Source of the DNA: Lama glama
Lineage: Eukaryota
Assembly (NCBI GenBank): GCA_028534125.1
Contig: CM052816.1
Location: 95,358,001 to 95,422,000, forward strand
Direction: 5' to 3'
Length of the DNA: 64,000 nt
The notes beneath the pieces are model-generated. The model made no database searches, had not been told where the DNA came from, and saw only the letters and a program-made list of their open reading frames with translations. Made by a program: the position numbers and the translations under genes. Positions 1 to 13,000 of the stretch are shown one piece after another. Position 1 is the first letter of the stretch; each line of letters starts with the position of its first letter.

Positions 1-175
1 TGAGAAAAACTGACTTTCATCACTGAAATCCCCCTCCCCATTCTTTCATGGTTGACAGAACTCAGCACTCTAAGTGTTCCAGTGTTTATTACCATCAGTA
101 CAAGTGCTAGAGAAGCCCTGAACACTCTAAATTTCATTCTCAAAAATACTACTCTTTAGAGTCCTCAGAGTAAAC

Positions 176-304
176 AAGGTGACCGTGTAATTCGCTGTCC
201 AAAGCCGGCACTCAGGGGTAAAAGAGGGCGCTGTTAACAGTGACAGGAAGGCGGCATGCGTACACTGGGGCTCTCCTGGGCAAACCAGGATGGATGGTCA
301 CAAC
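176..304. mobile_element. MER81-like hAT MITE
   Basis: ggtgaccgtgtaatt...gggcaaaccaggatggatggtcac inverted termini. Confidence 0.6.
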
Positions 305-919
305 TTCCTTTCTCTGTGAGACACCATCTAAAGCAGAAGAGGATCCAGCCTCCCATCAGGACATGGAGAGTCAAATGGCTGTTATCCCCAGAAGGTGCTC
401 TCTTTGGCTGTTCTCAATTTCTCCCTGAGGTCAGGCAGCAGTTTCCTCAGAACAGGGGCACCATGACACTTCTGCAGTAACTTTACAGCCTCTCTGGGCA
501 ATGGTCAGAGTGAGCCTATGGCCCTTGGTTGTAAGAAGGGCTTGCAAGAAGGCAGGCGCCGCTAATTCCTAACGCAGCCTTCTTGTTTTTACCTAGAACT
601 AATATACTGTCAAAACAAAACATCTGAAAACAGACTGAAAATTATTTGAAATGGATATTAAAAATTCTTCTTCTCTAGTTTTTCCCAGTCTTTTTCATCT
701 CCATAAATGACAACTCATATTGCCAGCTGCCTGACACAGCCAAGCCCTTGATAATCCTTGTTCACATCCTACATCCAACCTGTTAGCAAATCTGTTTACC
801 TCAAAACATATCCAGAATCTGAGCACTTTTCCCTCCTGTGATTTATTACTTTAGACACAAAAATTAAGAAATAAGACATCTTAACAAGAGCAGCCAGATG
901 AGGAGAAGTCCAGACTTAC

Positions 920-1055
920 TTGTCATTTTTAATATGTTCATAAAGGCGCTTAAACTGGCGGACTTGAAAGGACAGGATTCCCATCAGTACCACGACCATC
1001 AGTAAAAATGGGTAGATCCGCCGGTGGACCAAGTTTTGCATTTCCGCAGTAACAC
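920..1055 (-). CDS. MARCHF6: MARCHF6 exon 25 (136 nt), [44 protein letters not shown]
   Basis: cag|GTGTTACTGCG...GACAA|gtaagt. Confidence 0.96.
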
Positions 1056-4000
1056 CTGTAAAACCAAAGAAGGAAAACTCTTTAAGTGTATACAGAACAA
1101 CAGTGAAATGAAAACATGTCCTTCCATAAGTAGAGGGTACTGGTGGTGCTTAACTGAACTCGTCCTGTATGAAAGGGGGTGCGGCAAGGGGCACAGTGGA
1201 ACCTGAGACGGCCACAGCGAAGAGGAGCCCTGTGAACTACGTGCGGAGCTGGGCTGAGTTTTAAAGGCCACAGAGGAACCAACAAAAGGAGGTTCACCAG
1301 AGAGGTCTGAACAGTGAGACTCATGCTTTTGAAGGTCATCGTGGCCACACTGTGGAGAATGAATTAGTGTGGAGAGTTCAAAGCAGGGAAACCAGATGGG
1401 GGGCAGCTGAGGTTAAGGAGAGAGCCACCGTTCACCTCAACGTGGGCCACGAGCAAGGGCTCCAGGTCAGATCAGTGGGACTCGGAGACCACGGAGAGCA
1501 AAGAGCCTGAGGTGACGCAGATGACCTTCAAGGTTTCTGACTTATGCAACTTACTAGTGACCTACAGAGGGAATTCAGTAGAAGAAAAAGATCTGCAAGA
1601 GAAAACTTTGTGCTTGTAACTGTGAACGTACGTTGGCTGTAAGGTCTTGTCAGGATTCCTCGGTACACAAGTGATGAGGTAATGTCTACATGTTGATGTG
1701 TCACAAATGAGCGTCTCTTCAGCATAAAATGTTTCTTTATGCTAAAGAACATTTTTAAAATGTGAATATTTTTCTCACCTGCCTAGAGAAAAAAAACTGT
1801 AGCAAAAAGCTTAATGATCCTCATCTTGCCCTGAGTAGTGAAATCTAAGAAAAAGTCTTTTAAAATCACTCTTTTAGTGGATTTATATTTACAAACAAAG
1901 CATTTGGAGCCAAGTAGCCTTTGACACCGGAAGTGACAAGAACATAACAACGTTAGTAAAGGTGCTCACTTGAGCTCCCAGCCAGCATCACCCACCTAGT
2001 AGAGGAACAACGCCTGACGCAATGACGTACGGGACACACAGGGAGAGCAGCAGCACAGAGATCACTGGCGCTGCCAGTCTCCGGATGATGTAGTGAAGGT
2101 CAATGTTGCGGATGCCATTTGCGTAAACCTGAAACACAGGAGGAAAATCAGAACCAGAATACAAGATGAATTCCTCCAGGTTAACAGAGCAATCTCTACT
2201 GAATTCAAGACACAGGGAGCTGCATCCACCAGCCCAAAAGGATTCAAATGGTTCAAGGGGAAAAAAATGATTACTTTTTTTTTGGAACTCAAGGTAAATT
2301 CTGGAACACAAACTAAGTATGGTATCTGTAAGTTTTTAAAGAAATGCATTTACTTCCTTACACTTTGCAGTTAACTCTGCTAAGAATGAAATAGTAGGAC
2401 ATTAATCTAGAATAATAATTACATTAGCCTTGCACTATATAATACCAGCATCCTATAATTTTAATTGAAGATCACATAACTTGAAGTAACTTCATGTATA
2501 AACTGTATAAGAGTGATCTGTATTATTACTCAAGACTGCATTCATTTTATCTGAATATAAGGAAACATTATAAGGGGAAGCATGTTTTTAAAAAGCTTAT
2601 ATAAATCAAGTTTCAACACGTCAAAAGGATTTTATGTAATGATTTACTATGAAAGAATTCTATAGTGGACTTCTTTTTAATTCAAGAATTTCTAAAATAT
2701 GTCCATCATCTTATCCAGAAAGTTCTACTAGATAGTAATGCAGAGGAAAGAATGGATAGAAGTGGGGAAATCTTGGGGATAACGGAAAGTGAAGATGGCA
2801 TGCAAAAGGGGACAAAAACAGAAGAGCACTACTCGTGTCTTCTCCCCAGCACCGAAGCCTCTCCTGGCCCAGTCACACAGTGTGGTGTCACTCATTCCAA
2901 TCCCTCGAGCCCTCATAAGTGGGCCAGAGCATCTGGATATGAATGAAAAACAGGCTTACTGTTCCAAAGGCCCACTTCTGATCCCCACAAAATCCTTTTA
3001 ACTCAAATGCATTTAAATGAATGCATTTGAGTTAAAGGCATCCCGGTGTTTCCAAACCATTTCATTTAAACTTATACACATGTAGGAGAAAGAATGCATC
3101 AGAGAGTAAGGTATTATAGAGATGAACAGTGCTCCACAGCTTCCACCTCTAAGCAAACCTTTTCTTTCCACAGGGGCCAGTCTCACCTGGCAACTCGAAC
3201 CTAGGCTGGCCTGTACTCCCAGCCTGAATGGGTGGACTGCCCTTCACCCCACAACCGACCTCCCTTCAGAATCTGCCTGTACTTGAGAGATGCAGGCCAA
3301 CACACACCAATCCCCTGGCTCTCCCTGGCCCCAAGCAGCTCCAGGTACAGGAATTTCTGGATGATTTTCTTGTGCATATTGGGCTGAGAACTACTGTCTT
3401 TATTTCATATACATAGAGGAGGCGTACCTTCAGTGCTACATAACCGTAACACTGCATTCATTTGGTGCTACCCTTTAGGGATGAGAGGGCTGCCCACAGT
3501 ACATTCTCCAGGTAACTAACATTCTCTAGGTACATTCTCTAGGTCACTAAAACATCAGTAAGTACTACTACGCTGGTTATTTTGGAAGCAATCTTCCTAA
3601 AATGAATTATCCTACTGCTCTAGCCTTATAATCAGAGTACAGAAACACAATCTATCTTTTTCAAGGTTATCACCACAATGACCAAATTATCTGATGGTTC
3701 AATAATACAAAATAGTCTTAGATGCCATGTAGCTAGAATATTCCCAAATAGCTCTGCTTTTTAAATCTATTATCTTTTTCTTTATCTATTGCCTTGAACA
3801 ATAACCTCTTTTCTCTACTACAGGCTCACAAACCTGAATATCAAGCCTTCATCAGAACTCCTGCTTAAAAAAAAAGCACACATGCTAAATTTTGCCTTTA
3901 CTTTGGACAGGGTTCTAAGTATTTTAAGATACTGGTTAACTTTCAGATAAGGGAAGTTTTAAGAGTGGCTGATGAAAATTCATGGTGATAAAAAAGCAAA

Positions 4001-7000
4001 CTGCCTTTCTTCTTTAAAAAAAAAGTTACATATGTTCACTAAAGAAAATGTAGGAAAATCAGAAAAATGGGAAAATGGAAAACAAGAGCCCCATAAGCCA
4101 AACTTAATCACTGTCACTTTGACTTTTTCCGAAAACTGATTTTGCTTACCTGCTCAATTACAGTTTTCAGCCACCACTGAGGACCCATCAATGTTATAGC
4201 TGCAATGATTTTGGCGTGCAGGACTCCAAGTGCCCAGTCCTGGGGTAATAAAAACCACTTTGATTTTTTGTTTGCTTTTAGCAATAAACCAGAACAGAGG
4301 CTATACCATTTTCTTGCATTAGTTACAATACATTTCAAAACAGAAGTTCTGCTGGGTAAGTAACAATCTTACAGAAGACTAACATATGCTGGGAAACCCA
4401 GGGAATTTTTTCCAACAGCTCAAGTTCAATGTTTCTATCAAAATTCATTCTTGTATCTTTCAAAAATCTGCATTATTTTACCAACAGAATCCAGAAAAAG
4501 TGTTTACATTAATAGTGATTTCAACAATCAAATAAAACAGTGCCCTGATTTTATTTCACTGAACCTTCCTTAGGCTGTTTTATTGGCTTTGACTGAGCTA
4601 CTTATGTCAAAAGAACAGTGGAGCCACGTCTGATTTACAGAAATTATCCCAAAGGCGCAGAGCTTCCACGTGGGTGCACTCACTGTGCTGCTGAACTGCT
4701 GTGAGAACCTCCAGCCACACCGAGCTCCTCACTGTGCCTCCGGCCTGCCCACCCCCGTTCTCACCAGGCAGTCAAAGTGACCCTCACCCGCACCCACCAC
4801 CAAGAGGTCTCTTAAAGTGCAACTCAATTCATTTAAGGAGACCTCCCTGCTTACAACCCTGAACGTGGCACACCAAGTCCTTCATAACCTATTCTCTGTT
4901 TATCTTTTTAAAAAAAACACAAGTATTTTTTTAAGTATCACATAACATTTAAATCTATTCTTGTTTTTTGTTTTTTTTAATTTAGTGGAAGGACTGGGGA
5001 TTGAACCCAGGACCTCATGTATGCTAAGCATGCTCTCTACCACTGAGCTATACTAACCTCTCTAAATCTATTCTTATATAAAACTGAACCCTTTCTAGAG
5101 AAGGCTGGAGTCCTCTGTGACCCCCGGCACAAATCCTAACCCCTCCCCAGCAACAACCACTGTGGACATTAAGTGTGTACCCTCCACACTTTCCCCTACA
5201 CACTTTCTATGCTTACACACGTATGTCCCACAGGAATAACACAGTATCAGTTTTACATGGATTTTGCTCATACTGTTTTCCCTCCTCTTCACTGCCCATT
5301 ATCTTGAGCCTGATGTTTTGATTTTCTGGTTTGGTTGGTTGGTTGGTCTTCTAAAAGATCTTCAAGTTGAGTCAGAGGCTGATGCACTGAACTCTTGCAT
5401 ATTCCCAAATATCCCTCTTCATCCTGACAGATGAACAGCTGGATGACATTTGGTCTGGGTACAGAAAGCTTGGTTTTTGTCTGTTTTATCTAAATGGCCT
5501 CTAATTGCCCTTCTACTTACGGTTTTCAGTGCTACAAAGTTCACTGCCAGTGTGCTTTTTTTTTTCTTTGAAGCTTATGATTTCTCTTTCAGAAATCATA
5601 AATTCAGAAATTTTACTAAGATATGCCCAAATATGTGTTTTTCTCACCAATTTCCATTTCACCAAATAGGATGAACCCTTTCAACCTACAGAATCAGTTC
5701 TTTCTTCAATTCAGCTAAAACTGTCTCCTATTTTTGTTTCAGTGGTGCCTCATACTTTTGCATTGTAGAATCCTTATTATGGGTATATTAAATCTCCTAG
5801 ATGTAGCCTCCAAGACACTTCCTTTCCCCTTAATTTCCTATTCTTCAGTTTTGCCCTGTGCATTAGTCATCCAGGTCTCCAACCTGAGCCTCAGTGGTGA
5901 CTATTCACCCAGAATCTGTTTGAAATCCACGCTGTGTGACACCACACCAACCTCAACTCGCTTGACGGCTGCTGTTGTGCCTGCATGCATGCACACCTCA
6001 ATCGCCTGTGTTTCTATTCTTCTATTTGGATGCTTGTGGCTCCACAAGAGTTCTCTGTCACTGGGCATGTGTTCTGATGGTTCTGCCTGATCTTTCTTTC
6101 TGTGGCTGCTGGATACCCCTTACACAAAGCATTTCTTATTTTTCTCTGTAGGCTCAGTGTGTCTCAGAAGCTCAGACAGAATATCCCATAGGGCTGCAAA
6201 AGGATCTGTTACTCGTTAGACCTCCGGGATAGCAAGCCAACAGTCCCCCAGGAAGAACATGGAGAAAGCCTCCTCATACTTTCTGTATCCTTTCAAGGCT
6301 CACAGGCAGGGAAGATTCAATCCTCCCAACTCAGCCTTCTCTTGGCCTTTGGGAGTCCAAAAGGCACCCAAGTGAGGTTAATGTTCACCTGAGGAGGTCC
6401 ACAAATCACTGAGGTTCCAGCTCTTTCAAGATCCACTGCTTTCCAGTCCTTTCCCACAGGACACACCACAGTAGTTCCCCTGCTAGAATTCCAAAAGAGC
6501 CCAGACTCCCATAGATCTGCAGTCGTTCGATGCAAGAAAGGCAAGTAGCTTCGAGTCAGGGATGGAGGAAAAGCAAGATATTCTTCCAAACCTTGGGATT
6601 TTATCCAGAACATTATGGCTACCATGCTACATGTGCTATCTACAACTTGTGTTTTTCCCCTACTCAAAAACATGTCTAAGTGCTATGTATGTCAAAACAT
6701 ACAGCTTTACTTCCTTCTTTTTAATTGCTGCACTGGATTCCAAAAAAAGATACACCATATTTTATTCAGTCATGATGGGCATCCGGTTTGCTTCTAATTT
6801 TTTTGACATTATAAAAAATGATACATATGAGAACAGCCTTGTTCATGCCTCCTGCACACAGGTAAATGTTGCTTTGCAGGAGATTCTGAAAAGTGAAACT
6901 GATAGGTCATAATATATAAGCATTCTTAAAACTGAGTAATTTCAAATAATTCTCCAAGGACGTGAAATTGGGTACTGTCAAGACCACCGGAAACACAGGT

Positions 7001-10000
7001 CTAACTGAACAAGCTGCAATGATACTGAGTGCAGTGAGGGAGACCACACAGTACGGGGAATGTGGAACCCTCAGCAAGGAGAGTGTTAGAAAAGGCTTGA
7101 TTTCAGTTCTTCAGCTTGTGTGAGGTCATCTGGGGGGGATTTAAGGAAGCAGAGCTTTGCTCTATACCACATGCTATTTAGAAAGTATAGATAATCTGTA
7201 GTTGGGTCCCTTAAATCTTACCCAGAGGGGACAGACTCGGGGTAATAAATCTGTAGTTGGAAATGAAGGAGCAACCAATCATGTCAGCCAGGGCAGGGTG
7301 TGTTTGGTCATTTTTGTGGTTTAGACAAGCTCATGTTTTGCCTGTGTTCACACATGATTAGACAGGGGTCTTGCTTTTGTCTCAATCGACTGTGGTCAGA
7401 GTGGCCTTGTGTAATGATGATGTTCTGTGAGTTGTTTACATCCAACAGGGAACACCAAGGCCTAAGGGGTAAGGCCAAGCCAGCTCCCCGATGCCAGGGG
7501 CTGCTCTGCCCTCTTCCATGCTGCATACCACACGATGTCAGGAGGCATGTACTGTCTGCCTGCTGCATTTGCAGCGACCACTGGGTTAAGGCAGCATCTG
7601 CCTAAGCCCTCCACTACAAAGCTGTGCGTTTCTCTTTGAGGTATCAAGAAATCTGTGACACTTTCCCACTATGCAAACAACTCCTTCTGCATTGTAGTGG
7701 CATCAAAACATGCCAGCAAATTCTTCTCCCATGGAGTGGAAGGGGTCTATGTCCCCTTTCCTTACATCTGGGCCAACCTTTGTGACTTGCTCACGTCTAG
7801 TAGAATGTAGTAGAGACAGTGCTGTAGGACTTCTGAGATGAGGTCATAAAAGGCGTTGTAGCTCCTGCCTTGTTTGTTGGGACACTCATTTCCCTGAAGA
7901 GCAATGTGAGAAAGCCCAAGTATCCTGAGGTTACCAAGCTGAAAGGGTATCCAGCTGACAAGCCCAGATGAGGCGCAATCAACAACCAGCATCAACCCTC
8001 ACACGAGTGATGGAGTCTTCAGATATTCCAGCTGATGCTGTCAAATCGAACAGCCACTGTGTCTTCCCAGATGGGATCCCAGACAACAGGAAACAAACAC
8101 AAGTGGATACCCCTGCCTTAATTTCTGACCCACAGACTCTGTGGACAAAACAAATGTTTGTTTTAAGCCAGTAAGCTGTAGCTGGGAGGTAACTTGTTAT
8201 TGCAGCAACAGTAACTAAAGACCCATCAACCTTCACCTGACGGCTTCAGCATCCACTGACAACCCTTCTCAGAATCAATACTTTATTAATTATTGCAAAA
8301 TAGGGATTTTTCTAATTCTATTAATTCTTCTACCTTTATTAGTTGGCACTATCCTGTAAAAACAGCTTTCCTTCAATCACCGATGCCGTTAGACCACACT
8401 GCAATACAGCTCCCACAGAGAGGCATCCTATATGCTTTTTAAAAAATTTTTCTATTTAGGTTTTATTTACTTATTTTATTTAAATGGAGGTAGTGGGGAT
8501 TGAACCCAGGACCTCGGGCATGCTAAGCATGCGCTCCACCACTGAGCTGCAGCCCCCCCCCAATATGCTCTTTGACTCCTGCCCACTCCTGCTCACTTCC
8601 GCTCCAGTTCTAACCTAGGAGCACACCTCACCTGCGAATAAGAGGCAGCTCCCCCCGTACGTGTGCTGTCTCACTTCAAGGTCTGTCCACTCGCTCCTTC
8701 CGGAATGTGCTTTTTCCTTTCTTACCACCCCTCTGCTCTCTACTAGCCTGTCCTAGACATTCTCTCCTACGAAAGACCGCATCTGAAATCCCCCAAGATT
8801 GGGAACACCGCTCCTACACGGCCTGCAGCTCCTCCTGCCTGCCCGCATCACAGCACAGTCTCCTTATCTTTCTGACCCGCTGGTAAGTCCTCAAGATGTT
8901 CCTGCATTAGCCTTACTTCCATCTAAGTCAAATAGTACAGGGCTTTGGCACGCATTAAAGCATTCAAGCAAATATTTGCTATTAAATGAAGTTTATGGAG
9001 GTTCTTCTTCTGGAAAGTAGAGGGTAATTTTCATTTCTGGAAAATTCATAATACACTAAGGGGAAATTTTTTAAACAGGCTGAAAAGCCTTTGAATGATT
9101 GAAGTTAATACCTACATCTTTTCCCTAACACCTCTTAAAAACCCAAGGTCTATAACGTTAACCTCAGGCTCTAAGCACTACAAAAAAGTTAAATTTTCTT
9201 TTCCATGAACTTTCGGTCGTTGGTTGTGACCTGCATAGGTTCCCTCAGAATGTTCTTTTTAGTAAGTCTGTGATTTTGTGGGAAAACATTCTGTAACTAC
9301 CCAAAAAGTAAGTTACTGCTTAAAGTCTCAAAGCCAAAAGGAACAAGATATCTCACCCTAACTAAAGGTGAAAAGATCAACACATTAGTTTGTATCTTTA
9401 AATACTGGTGAAGCTTAAATAAATAGTGACATCCTATAAAGTAAGGTCTTTTAAAGGAGTTATATGCATTATTTTGAAAGCAATAGATTAAAATCCATTA
9501 TCTAATTGATTTTACAAGGGCTCCTAGAATAGAAAAAATTAAGGAGTCCTTCTAAACAACCCTCTTGAAATCACTTTAAAAAATTAAGGATTTTTCTGAT
9601 TCCAAATACATAAAGAAATACCATGAGACACACACTTACCTGCCACGGGTAAAAAAGAGGAGTCTGATCCAAGGGGACCCTCAGGGGAGCAACAATAACC
9701 AGCTCAAACAGCAGCCCCAGGAGAAGCGGGACAACCCCAGCCAGCAGCACCGCAACAATCAAAGTCTTCATTATCTATCAGGAAACAAAAGGCCACGTCA
9801 TTAGAAAGTCTGTCCGACTTTTAGCCAAACTTTTTATCTCATATGGAGATTTATTCTTCTTTGACCTGATGCCTAACGGAACAAATACATTACCCTTAAA
9901 CAACTGACATTTTATGTTACATGTTTAAATGAAATTTGAATGCATAACTATAAAAACTCTAGCTATAACAAAAACATGAAATTATTATGCATTGTTGCTA

Positions 10001-13000
10001 CAAAATTATAGGAAATTCATTTTATGACATATATTAACCAGGTGGCTGTGCTGTTTTTCTCAATCTCATTCTCAGAAAGAAGCTTTTGTCTGTCCAAGAA
10101 AAGCTACTGATTGTCCCAGGCCCCTGACCCAATGGTGGTCCACCCACAGGCTGGCCTGTGACCCCTGAGACGGATTGGAATAGTGGAAGGGCTGTACATA
10201 ACCCTAGTTAAAAGTAATTAACTAAGTTGATCCTGAGAACAGTGCAGTCCAACAGAACTCACTGATGATAGAAATGTCCTTTTTATCTGTATTATGCAAT
10301 ATGGTAGCCATTAGCCACATGGCTACTCTACTGGCACAGCTCTAGAATCTGGACAAAGTGACAAAATGAAAATAAAGTAGACACAGGAGAAAAGAAGAAT
10401 ACTATTCAAGAGCCAGTCTTCAGAGTGGCCTTGATGTCCCTTTGTCTTAAGGCAGCCTTAGTGAGTACATTTGTTTCAACAGCAAGAGACTAAAATGGTG
10501 TTAAGATGCAGTACTTACTTATTTACAAGGCAATACAATATGGAAGAATATCAAATGAAAGCTGGTATTAGCCAGTTTCTGCATTTTAAATATAGTTAAG
10601 TGTCTCATTATCTTATGGATTACACAGCAATTAAACCCCTCCATTCTTAATATACAATGAATCTTTTGTTTTTCTTTCAACACTAATATTAAATGGATAT
10701 TAAACTTTCAATGAAATCAAAATATAAATTCAGACACAAAACTAGAGTTGATTATACAAATGAAAAGGCATAAGCAGTTACCTAAACATGCTTATCAGAC
10801 ACAGCCAACATTACAATCAATAAACTGCCATACTTGGACAATCAACGTCCAGGGACGTTTTTCCCCCACCTTTGTGGCAACTGAGTTCTTTATTGAGAGT
10901 AGTAATTTCCACTACTTACTACACTTTCACATTAGGCAAGACACTCTTGAATTAGCAACAAACTATAATTAAAGGAATTCCATTTATATGAAAAACATCG
11001 ACTCAATTCTGAAGTCAAGATTTTATGTATTTAAAAAAAATTTTTAATCAGATTTTAGGGAAAAAATGTCATGAAAGGAAATTTCTACTTAAACAAATTG
11101 ACTTTAAATTCTACAAAACATCTTATTCCTTAAAAATGTAAAACATCTCCAAAATAAGCTTTCTAATTACATTATTACTCAAGAACCTTACTGGATCACT
11201 TAAAAGCATGATTCTCTTTTAACCCTCAAATACATCTGACTATGTTTCTCAGGATGACCCTGAAAACTACTGTCTTAAAGGAACACTCTTCTTAATTCAA
11301 AAAATCAACTCTCTTGACACTATCAACAAAGTGAAGAAACAAAAGTGAGAAGATTCAAAGTTACCGGGAAACTATTTACTACTCCTGTCAGACAAGGTCA
11401 GTCTTTATTAGAAAAACCTACCATGAGGGACCACTCCTTAACCTTCTGGAAGATCACTCTGCGTCCCTGTGGCATCCATGCCACCAGCACCGTTACCGCC
11501 CGGATGGTTAGCCAGCAAACGTACAGACCACAAGCAGCTGTGTAGAGCTCATGGATTTTGGCAGTCCCCGTCCAAAATGACATTAACCAACGGCCAGCAA
11601 ATACTGAAAACAGAAAGGCTGATAAATGAGACATGTGGTCATGTAAAGAGAACTCTAATCCTGGTGTCAATATTGTACGATCAGTATTTTCAATCATTTT
11701 AAGCAATCAGTAGAAAGATACCACATTTTGATATGTCAGTGTCTTCATTAAAAGCAAACAAACATTAAAAAATGTTAAAAAAAAAAAAAAGCAAACAAAC
11801 AAAAACAAAACCCCCCAAACTCTAAAGAATGCAGTCATTTGAGACACAAGCAAACCACAGTAAGTCAATGGGGACAAGCTCTCCTGTGATGTGTGCTCCG
11901 ACTTGCCAGGCCAACTGCTTGTTGTCTGGGGACTGAAAAAGCCTGAGGAGGATGTTTTTGCTGTTTGTCTCATTAAATGGTATCATTATACACATAATAG
12001 GACAAAAATGGATAATTTATTTCCTATTATTTGTGCTGTCAATATTTTTAATGTTTAGGAACATTACAAATAATTTACAGTAACTTTCCTTACACTGGCT
12101 CATTCATCAAGATAAAAAAGCTAAGCTTATTTTAGTAACTGGGCACAACAAAGTTCAATAACAAAGAATATCCTATTAATTTTCTTAGGAAAAAATTAAG
12201 ATCTAAATATACTGAAACTTGGGAAACATGTAAAAGTTGTCTAAAGGACAGCCTCACACAGAGTTATAAATAAATTCTACAATGTACCCACAAAAATCTA
12301 TCAGGCAAAATCATTTATATAGTAACTTTCTTTACATGGCTACCTCTTACTAAGGCTGCACAGAAGAGCAAGACCCAAATTTCCAGTGTATTTTTCTATG
12401 GACTGATTTCTCCCTAATACAGTCTGTTATTTTTGAATACCTAAAATGCTGTGCCAAGCATTTTTCATACATTTTTCTTATTTATCCTCCCAACAACCCT
12501 GCAAGTAGCAACTATTTCCATTTTGAAGACTAAAAAACCAAAGCGCAGCAACAGAACCTTGCCCAACCAAGGTCACACAAGGGTGGAAGCTGAATTTGAC
12601 TTCATGTCAAAATGACAAAGCTCATGCTCTTGACCACTGACCCACACTGCCTCCAACCAAGCCAAACCAACAGTCAAGTCTTGTAACAGTCAAGTCTTAT
12701 GAGCCATAATGCTGATAACCACAGAGTGTTCCACAACCTTACAAACCAGTTTTCGAGTGAAGATAACTCATTTTTACAAATACATATAAATGTTACATGA
12801 AATAAACACATATGCATGTTCATTTAAAGATACTAAAGTATCCCTGATACTTCTGTAGAAATGCCTACTGTTCTATATATATATTTCTACTTCAAGGTTG
12901 TTTTGTTGTTGTTGGTTGGCCAGTTTTTAAAAAATGTAAAGGCCATTTTTTATTCTATGCTTCACATACTTCTGATCAAAAGTGTCTCTGAGAGGACAGG

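Noticed and set aside
3500..3545. Three acattctc(c/t)aggt units (and a 16-bp tandem duplication near 12670-12700) as a CRISPR-like or functional array
   Set aside because: Short local slippage duplications without unique spacers, in mammalian intron DNA
6975..7470. Possible LTR remnants here and at about 57850-58530
   Set aside because: They look ERVL-LTR-like, but I could not assign family or boundaries reliably; their ORFs appear spurious
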